From an uncultured Candidatus Binatia bacterium (GTDB taxonomy: Bacteria; Desulfobacterota; Binatia; Bin18): a stretch of 64,000 nucleotides of DNA. A program made the translations under genes and the position numbers. A model generated the notes under the pieces. The model searched no databases and was not told the origin of the DNA. It was given only the letters and a program-made list of their open reading frames with translations. Below are positions 57,757 through 64,000 of the stretch, piece after piece. How positions within the stretch are numbered: position 1 is the first letter of the stretch; every line of letters begins with the position of its first letter. The stretch covers positions 2,944,001 through 3,008,000 of the forward strand of contig OZ241744.1 in the NCBI GenBank assembly GCA_965200965.1. Direction: 5' to 3'.

Positions 57757-58078
57757 GATTGTGCTTGTCCGCTATCCGTTCTCCGACCTCAGCAACTCAA
57801 AGGTTCGCCCTGCCGTCGTCGTCAACGCGCCTCATCCGTCCCAAGACCTCCTCATTGTCCCGCTCACAAGCAGGACCCCAGCATTGCTCAGGGGTGAGTT
57901 TGTCCTCGCTGAATGGAAGAGAGCAGGTTTGAACGTCGAGACAGCCGTCAAGCGTGGTCTCTTCACCATAGATCAAAAGCTGGTGAGAAAGAGTATCGAA
58001 ACCCTGCCGAAAGAGGATGCTGACAAGCTGGAAAGATCATTATGTGAATGGTTGGATTTGGCCTGTAGGTCGGATTAG
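57734..58078 (+). CDS. PemK/MazF family toxin
   Basis: EIVLVRYPFSD....KVRPAVVV......IVPLTS. Confidence 0.9.
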   Translation: MPSSLKNEIVLVRYPFSDLSNSKVRPAVVVNAPHPSQDLLIVPLTSRTPALLRGEFVLAEWKRAGLNVETAVKRGLFTIDQKLVRKSIETLPKEDADKLERSLCEWLDLACRSD

Positions 58079-58130
58079 CGTAGCGTAATCCGGCATGTTG
58101 GCTTACACTTGACGGTTAAGCCGACCTGCG
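58064..58130. repeat. Inverted REP doublet (REPIN-like)
   Basis: TGTAGGTCGGATTAGCGTAGCGTAATCCGGCA directly followed by the inverted TGTTGGCTTACACTTGACGGTTAAGCCGACCTGCG. Confidence 0.8.
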
Positions 58131-58235
58131 GCTGACACACAGCACGCAGAGGCCGGCATTGGGCCGGTTCCTGCAAACTTCAGGGCTTGAGGAGGGCTTG
58201 CCTTCTCCGCCCGCATCTGGTAGGCAGGGCTGATT

Positions 58236-60467
58236 ATGGAGATGGAGAGAGCGCAACGAATCAGTGATATCATCTCGAAGCGGAAGCCCTTCGTTTCGAA
58301 AATTGAAGCCGTGAAGGGCAATCTCAATTCTCTGGGGACAGCGTTCGTCGCCTTGGAAAGACAGCGGGATAAACTCCTTGACCTCCTCGGTGGTGACGAT
58401 AAAGATACTGTTGAAAACCTGCGAAAAATTGAGGTCAATTCTCTTCCGCGAGAAATCGTTGAACAGACCAGTTCCCTTGACAGACTCAAAAAACGCTTTT
58501 CGCGCAAGACCCTCAACATTGCGGTTATCGGACGGGCCCGCCAGGGCAAGAGCCGCCTGCTGCAAAGTTTAAGCGGGCTTTCACCCACAGAAATTCCCGA
58601 CGGCAGCGGCCAACATTGCACCGGGGTGCGGAGTACCATTTTTCACGACGATCGAGCGTCTGAAACTTCTGCTGAGGTCGTTTTTCACACGGAGCGGTCT
58701 TTCCTGGAGGAGGTGATTTACCCTTACTACGAGGAGTTGGAGTTAGGCCGAAAACCTACCTTCGTGGACGATTTTTCCCGGGATCCCCTGCCACCGTTAT
58801 CGGACGGTAGCAGTGCAGCGGATAAAGCCAAATATGAGCATTTACAGCGCTACAAGACCCACCTTGATAGCTACGGTGGCTTGTTGAACGAATCTCCGCG
58901 GTCCATTCCGGGCAAGGAAATCCCCACCTACGTCGCTCAGGACGGGGGGAACTATCGTTATATGGCGGTTCGAGAGGTAAAAATTACCTGCCACTTTCCT
59001 AAAGAAGACGTGGGGCAGATTGCCTTGGTTGATCTCCCCGGGTTGGGAGATACCGGTATTGGTGATGCGGAACGATTGATCAAAACCCTGAGCCAGGACG
59101 TTGACTTCGTGCTCTTCGTCAGAAAACCGAATCCGAGCGGGGACTTTATCGCCGATGTCGACATCAGCCTGTATGATACCGCCCGTTCGGCGCTGAGGGA
59201 AATTCCGCTGGAAGAGTGGTCTTTTATGGTGTTCAACACAATTGACCCCTCTTCCAGAGGAGAACAAGGCGACAACTCAGATTTGTGCAGAGAGCTTTCT
59301 GAAAAAGTAAATGAAGGCTCAACCATAAAGGTTTCCGAGACTATCATCGCTAACTGCGCTGACCCTCAATCGGCGTCAACAGGTATCCTGGACCCCTTAC
59401 TCGACTACTTGGAGGGGCACATCACAGCCCTTGATGAAGGGTACCTCTCAGCTTGTCTCGACAAGCACGAGCGGCTGCATCGCACAATTAACGCGGAATT
59501 AGAGAAGGCCCGGACTGCTCTGGGTAAGGCAGAATCAGACGATGTAGAATTCGTAGCGCTCTTTCGAGAGTTGTGGAGAAATCTGAATCGCGGGCTTACA
59601 GCCTTACTTCGAAGATTCGAAGGGATCCGTGAGGCGGAGAACAGTCAGTACAGACAAGACTTTCAAAAATCTGTGGCAGCAATCATAAAGGAGTGTCGTG
59701 ACAGCACAAATTCGATTATTCCAACTCTGGAGCATATCGAAACAACAATAGACACCGAAAACTCTGCCCAGAGTGCTTACAACGTCTACCTTGACCAGAC
59801 TCGGGCTCACCTGTCGCAAAAATTCTTGAAATTGGATGAGGGCTTGACGCACTCTTTTGACATGATGAAAGCCCAGGTCTCCGAAGTTCTTATAGAAAAG
59901 GGACGCATGGGAGGACTGACCGATTCCAGAGGGCCGAAGTTTCTCGAAGAAATAAAAAATCAACTTGAAGATATCAAGGAACATACGAAAGAACTAAAGG
60001 AAGGTTTTGAAATCCTTTCCGATTTCACGCTATCCTACAGAGGATTTGCGCAGCACCGCATTCGCAAGCGTTTTGACGACCTTACCACCGATACGTCCCG
60101 GCGTAAGCTCAATTCATTCTCCTTGTCGAGGATAATAAAACGTCAGGAGGTCTCGGACGCAGAGAAGATTCGAGAGAATCTGGAATTCCTATACAACGAA
60201 GCCGTTTCCAAATGCGAGATTGCGCTGAAGGAGTTGCTTCCTGAGCCTTCTGAAGCGGCCTTTGCAATCGTCGAAGAATTTAACGATCGCGTTTTAAGGG
60301 CGGAAAACGTTCAGGACGAATGGCGGATATTCCTCCGCCTAGAGCGTCATAGGATATGGCCGGAAAAGTTCGGACTCATCGGCGAAGGGACCAAACTGCG
60401 TGAGGAGTGGTATTCCATAATAGAGCGCATCGAAAAGGCGAATAAAGAAGACCCCCTACTCGCTTAG
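58236..60467 (+). CDS. Bacterial dynamin-like GTPase
   Basis: G1 GRARQGKS, G2-like CTG, G3 DLPGLGD, long helical C-terminal region; AT-richer than flanks. Confidence 0.8.
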   Translation: MEMERAQRISDIISKRKPFVSKIEAVKGNLNSLGTAFVALERQRDKLLDLLGGDDKDTVENLRKIEVNSLPREIVEQTSSLDRLKKRFSRKTLNIAVIGRARQGKSRLLQSLSGLSPTEIPDGSGQHCTGVRSTIFHDDRASETSAEVVFHTERSFLEEVIYPYYEELELGRKPTFVDDFSRDPLPPLSDGSSAADKAKYEHLQRYKTHLDSYGGLLNESPRSIPGKEIPTYVAQDGGNYRYMAVREVKITCHFPKEDVGQIALVDLPGLGDTGIGDAERLIKTLSQDVDFVLFVRKPNPSGDFIADVDISLYDTARSALREIPLEEWSFMVFNTIDPSSRGEQGDNSDLCRELSEKVNEGSTIKVSETIIANCADPQSASTGILDPLLDYLEGHITALDEGYLSACLDKHERLHRTINAELEKARTALGKAESDDVEFVALFRELWRNLNRGLTALLRRFEGIREAENSQYRQDFQKSVAAIIKECRDSTNSIIPTLEHIETTIDTENSAQSAYNVYLDQTRAHLSQKFLKLDEGLTHSFDMMKAQVSEVLIEKGRMGGLTDSRGPKFLEEIKNQLEDIKEHTKELKEGFEILSDFTLSYRGFAQHRIRKRFDDLTTDTSRRKLNSFSLSRIIKRQEVSDAEKIRENLEFLYNEAVSKCEIALKELLPEPSEAAFAIVEEFNDRVLRAENVQDEWRIFLRLERHRIWPEKFGLIGEGTKLREEWYSIIERIEKANKEDPLLA

Positions 60468-60488
60468 GAGGGAGAAAGTGAGGAGCAT

Positions 60489-60929
60489 ATGCCCAAAAAC
60501 TCGATCCAAAATCAACTGCACACCCCTCTGGGAAGGGCTTTGCGTGATGCTGGCATGGTGAACTGGGGAGAAGAGCAACAAGTCCGGCCGGGAAAGCTCT
60601 ATGGTTGGACGACGACGGGTCAGAATGGGCTAGGTGTGGGTGTATATGCGCGAGAAGCGACGGACAAGGTTGTCTCGCTGTTCCACATCAGGACTTGTGA
60701 GGAGGATGAAGTCAAGTTCGCCACTCGTCGGCATATAGCCGACTATCTCCCGGATATTCCATCTGAGGTGCTGGATTCCTGGATGGACTTCATTGAGACC
60801 TTGGAGCCTGTGCGACGCACGATATCTGACCAGCAGTACCTTGTAGTGCAACTGTCCCGGGTTGAGGAGAACGTTGACAGGATGATCGAGTTGATGAAGC
60901 CATTGTATCGTACAATGGATTCGAAATGA
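60489..60929 (+). CDS. Hypothetical protein downstream of the dynamin-like gene
   Basis: 146 aa after GAGGAG; C-terminal short coiled coil; no family recognised. Confidence 0.65.
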   Translation: MPKNSIQNQLHTPLGRALRDAGMVNWGEEQQVRPGKLYGWTTTGQNGLGVGVYAREATDKVVSLFHIRTCEEDEVKFATRRHIADYLPDIPSEVLDSWMDFIETLEPVRRTISDQQYLVVQLSRVEENVDRMIELMKPLYRTMDSK

Positions 60930-60955
60930 TAGCGTACAGGTTGGATCAGTTGAGT

Positions 60956-60990
60956 TGTCGGCTTACGCCTGACGGCTAAGCCGACCTACG
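60956..60990 (-). repeat. GTAG-type REP palindrome
   Basis: Reverse complement CGTAGGTCGGCTTAGCCGTCAGGCGTAAGCCGACA; same orientation as 58096-58130. Confidence 0.8.
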
Positions 60991-61273
60991 CCCAGCACGC
61001 CGGGTCGTGTTGGAGGCCGGCGACATACTCCTTGAGCGACCACAGCAATCCGGGCCGGTCGCCCTGGAACAAGTGCCGCTCCAGACGCTCCGCAACCGCG
61101 GCGGCCGCATATCAAAGGCCATTTCCGCGGCGCACGAGGCATGGTGGGAATCCTCGTCGCCGGTCAGGTAGACTTTTCTCACGGCCGCCCATTCGGCAGG
61201 GCTGAGGACCGCCCCGACCTGCCGATCAAGCGGGCCGGTCAGATGTCGCCAGTTCGTCGGCCAAGCCTTCCAT
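60991..61273 (-). pseudogene. SIS-domain sugar isomerase/aminotransferase remnant
   Basis: GGAGG + ATG; across frameshifts LTGPLDRQVGAVLSPAEW / VRKVYLTGDEDSHHASCAAEMAF / AVAERLERHLFQ; the second segment resembles the SIS G.GDS loop. Confidence 0.5.
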
Positions 61274-61451
61274 CTGCCTGACCTCCTCCTCCGGTTTGAG
61301 TAGCCCCCGGGTCACTCCAGACCGTGCATGATATTGACCTGTCCGCCCCAAGCGCCGCGCTCAAGACAGCGTCCTACAAACGTCCCGCCCTTGCCAGCCC
61401 CCGGCTCGGCGGAGTAATGAACACAGGAGCACGAATCAGAAGGAGGATCAC

Positions 61452-62306
61452 ATGGACATCGGCGTATTCTTTTTCACCTCGGCCGAGTCGGCAGACCCGG
61501 CTGTTGTCGCCAAAAAAGCCGAAGCCCTCGGCTTTGCCTCAATCTGGGTCCCGGAACATCCGGTCCTGCCGGTTCACACCACCGTCGGCTACCCGGCCGC
61601 ACCCGACCGACCCATTCCGCGCACAATCGGCATTATCTCCGACCCGTTTGTGTCCCTGGCCCGGGCCTCGGCCACGACGAGCACGATCAAGCTCGGCACC
61701 GGCATCTGCCTTGTTCCAGAGCGCAACCCCCTGCTCCTGGCCAAAGAGATCGCCACCCTCGATCATTACTCCGGCGGGCGCTTTTTGTTCGGCATCGGTG
61801 CCGGCTGGCAAAAAGAAGAGTGCGAGGTCATGGGCGGAGATTTTCCGCGGCGTTGGACCCAGACCCGCGACTCGGTGCTGGCCATGAAAGAGCTGTGGAC
61901 CACCGACGAGTCCGAGTATCACGGGCGGTATTATGACTTTCCGGCCCTCAAATGCTTCCCCAAACCCGCCCAAAAGCCCCATCCGCCGGTCCTGTTGGGC
62001 GGCTCGGCCAAGAATGTATTCAAGCGCACGGTCGCGTGGGGCGACGGCTGGATGCCGGTCAGCACCTCGCCCACCACGATCAAGGACGGCCGCCGGAAAC
62101 TTGACGAGTTGGCCGCCAAAGCCGGTCGTGACCCGGCCTCCATCAGCGTCCTGGCCTTTGGCCAGCCCGGCCAGTTGCGCAAGAAGGACGAGCTCCACGC
62201 GCTGGAAGAAGTCGGGGCTGAGCACGCCATTATCTGGCTCAACGCCTTTGAGCAGGATGCCGTTGTTGCTGAGTTGGAAGCACTCGCCGCCGAGCTGTTG
62301 GGCTAG
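61452..62306 (+). CDS. LLM class (F420-dependent-like) oxidoreductase
   Basis: AEALGFASIWVPEH, DPF, LGTG, ATLD..SGGR...GIG.GW, P.P.Q.PHPP. Confidence 0.92.
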   Translation: MDIGVFFFTSAESADPAVVAKKAEALGFASIWVPEHPVLPVHTTVGYPAAPDRPIPRTIGIISDPFVSLARASATTSTIKLGTGICLVPERNPLLLAKEIATLDHYSGGRFLFGIGAGWQKEECEVMGGDFPRRWTQTRDSVLAMKELWTTDESEYHGRYYDFPALKCFPKPAQKPHPPVLLGGSAKNVFKRTVAWGDGWMPVSTSPTTIKDGRRKLDELAAKAGRDPASISVLAFGQPGQLRKKDELHALEEVGAEHAIIWLNAFEQDAVVAELEALAAELLG

Positions 62307-62336
62307 GTGAAGAGCCGCCGACACAAGGAGGTGAGG

Positions 62337-62846
62337 GTGAACTCTCAGCGCATCATTATGGTCGCCGTGCTGATCCTGACGGCCATCACGCTCAACTGGG
62401 GCGTGCTGGCACTCTTTGACCAGAAGAGCGCCGACCGGGCCGCACACAGCCTGGTCGGGATTCTGCTGCTCATGGCCTATGTGGCCCTGCGTGCCAGAAA
62501 GCGCGCCGTCGGCGTCTTTTTCGTTGCCCTCATCCCGTGTTACCTCGGCACAGTGTTTCCAGACCTGGACATCAAGCTGCTGGGCATTGGCGGCCACCGT
62601 AACCCCCTCTTTCACAGCAGCCTGTCTTTTTTCGGGCTGGCCTTGCTCGTCGGGCCGCGGGCCGGCTTCCTGGCCGCAATGCTGGTTGGCTATGGGGTGG
62701 GCCTGGCCAGTCACCTGTGGTGGGACGCGATCTATTACGGCGATGTCCGCTGGCTGCCGGGCAGGACCCTTGACCGCCTGTGGCTGGGCGCTCATGGCCT
62801 GCTGTGCCTGAGCACGCCGGGGGAAGCTAAAAACGCTTTTGGCTAA
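62337..62846 (+). CDS. Membrane metal-dependent hydrolase (YdjM-like)
   Basis: PDLD......HR....HS and SHL..D within TM helices. Confidence 0.75.
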   Translation: MNSQRIIMVAVLILTAITLNWGVLALFDQKSADRAAHSLVGILLLMAYVALRARKRAVGVFFVALIPCYLGTVFPDLDIKLLGIGGHRNPLFHSSLSFFGLALLVGPRAGFLAAMLVGYGVGLASHLWWDAIYYGDVRWLPGRTLDRLWLGAHGLLCLSTPGEAKNAFG

Positions 62847-62909
62847 GCTGGTAAAAACCGCCGGCTCGGTGTAAGACACAGGCAGGACGGCAGTATCAAG
62901 GAGGGGAAT

Positions 62910-64000
62910 ATGCGACAGGTATACACAAACGCCCGGCTGATTGACGGCTTGGCAGACCACCCCCAGGCCGGCGTGTCCATTGTTGTTGAGGGCGAGCGCA
63001 TCACCAGGGTCAACTCCGGCCAGGTGCCAACCCCGGCCGGGGCCGAGCTCATTGACCTGACCGGCAAGACGGTCGTTCCTGGTCTGATCGACACCCATGT
63101 TCATGCTACCTTCCTGGACAGCGAATCGCTGCCCCTGTTTCTGGCCGCCGGCGTGACCACCGCCCGGGATGTCGGCGGCAAGCTGGAGAAGGTCAAACAA
63201 CTGCGTGAAGACCTGAAAACCGGCACCAAACTCGGCCCTCGCCTGTTCATCCTCGGCCCGCTGCTCGACGGGGTAGACCAGAGCTTTGACTACAACAGCG
63301 AACTGGGCGAGATGCTCGACAGCGTACCCTCACCAGAGGCCGTGCCGGACAAAATCGGCGAGCTGCTCAAGGCCGGCGTTGACGGGGTGAAGCTGTACTT
63401 CACCCTCCCGCCCGACACAGCCAAAGCGATCATCCGCTTTGTCGATAGGCGTGTGCCAGTTACTGGGCACCTGGGCTATACCCACTCCCTCGACCTCATC
63501 AAGGAGGGCATTGACGGCCTGGAGCACATGTGGATCTCGCCCTACAACGAGTTCTGCGCCCTCGACATGCAGTTTGGTGCCGGCGCATCCATGATGGACC
63601 CCGATTTCTGGACCCGGATTACCAAAGGCTGGGAAGAGGCTGACCTCCAGGGCGAAGGGGCCAAGACCTGGTTCGGGGCAATGGTTGACAAGCAGGTCAA
63701 CATGGGCACGACGCTTGACCTGTTGTGGCTGGCCAAGTTCGGCACCGAAGCCGCCCTCAATGACCCCGACCGCCGCTATATCCCCCCGATGGCCCTGAGA
63801 CGCCAGCGGGCGATGGCCGCCCGGCTTGGCGAACGGCCCGATTGGGACATGCACCCCGGCGTGTTTGATCCCGCACAATGCGGCAAAGCCCTGGAGAAAC
63901 ACCAGGAGGCGACCCGCATCCTGCACGAGTCCGGGGGGCTGGTGGTTGGCGGGACCGACTGCGGCGGCCTGCCCTACCCCCCGCCGGGCTTTGCCCTGCT
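62910..64000 (+). CDS. Amidohydrolase family protein (partial)
   Basis: Manual translation MRQVYTNARLIDG...PGLIDTHVH, GVTTARD.G, GLEH, GGTD; runs off the window. Confidence 0.88.
   Translation, partial: MRQVYTNARLIDGLADHPQAGVSIVVEGERITRVNSGQVPTPAGAELIDLTGKTVVPGLIDTHVHATFLDSESLPLFLAAGVTTARDVGGKLEKVKQLREDLKTGTKLGPRLFILGPLLDGVDQSFDYNSELGEMLDSVPSPEAVPDKIGELLKAGVDGVKLYFTLPPDTAKAIIRFVDRRVPVTGHLGYTHSLDLIKEGIDGLEHMWISPYNEFCALDMQFGAGASMMDPDFWTRITKGWEEADLQGEGAKTWFGAMVDKQVNMGTTLDLLWLAKFGTEAALNDPDRRYIPPMALRRQRAMAARLGERPDWDMHPGVFDPAQCGKALEKHQEATRILHESGGLVVGGTDCGGLPYPPPGFAL

Noticed and set aside
50559-60990. Palindromes after accessory genes as integron attC sites
   Set aside because: No RYYYAAC...GTTRRRY ends and no intI; they fit GTAG-type REPs.

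Overview
GC-rich bacterial chromosome segment (an LpxL-like lipid A acyltransferase implies a diderm host). Housekeeping and catabolic genes (EngB, LpxL-like, dCMP deaminase, amidohydrolases, family III CoA-transferases, MaoC, LLM oxidoreductase) are interspersed with at least six AT-richer accessory or defence inserts. The main one is a minus-strand type I restriction-modification operon (HTH-fused hsdM, hsdS, hsdR running off the left edge). It carries three extra cassettes: a PD-(D/E)xK nuclease-like gene, a TIR-TIR / SLOG / TIR Thoeris-like trio with no recognisable effector, and an AIPR gene bracketed by a 233-bp duplication of the hsdR 5' end. Other inserts: an HNH gene and a Fic module between 220-bp direct repeats; an ATPase-TOPRIM-like pair converging on a DGQHR gene; a helicase-less type ISP-like RM enzyme with a duplicated TRD segment; an orphan higA inside an inverted REP pair; three tandem CCDC90/DUF1640-like genes with different coiled-coil stalk lengths; a MazF-type TA pair; and a REP-bounded dynamin-like cassette. 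No integrase, transposase, tRNA, rRNA or CRISPR array was recognised. All family assignments come from reading motifs by eye, not from database searches.
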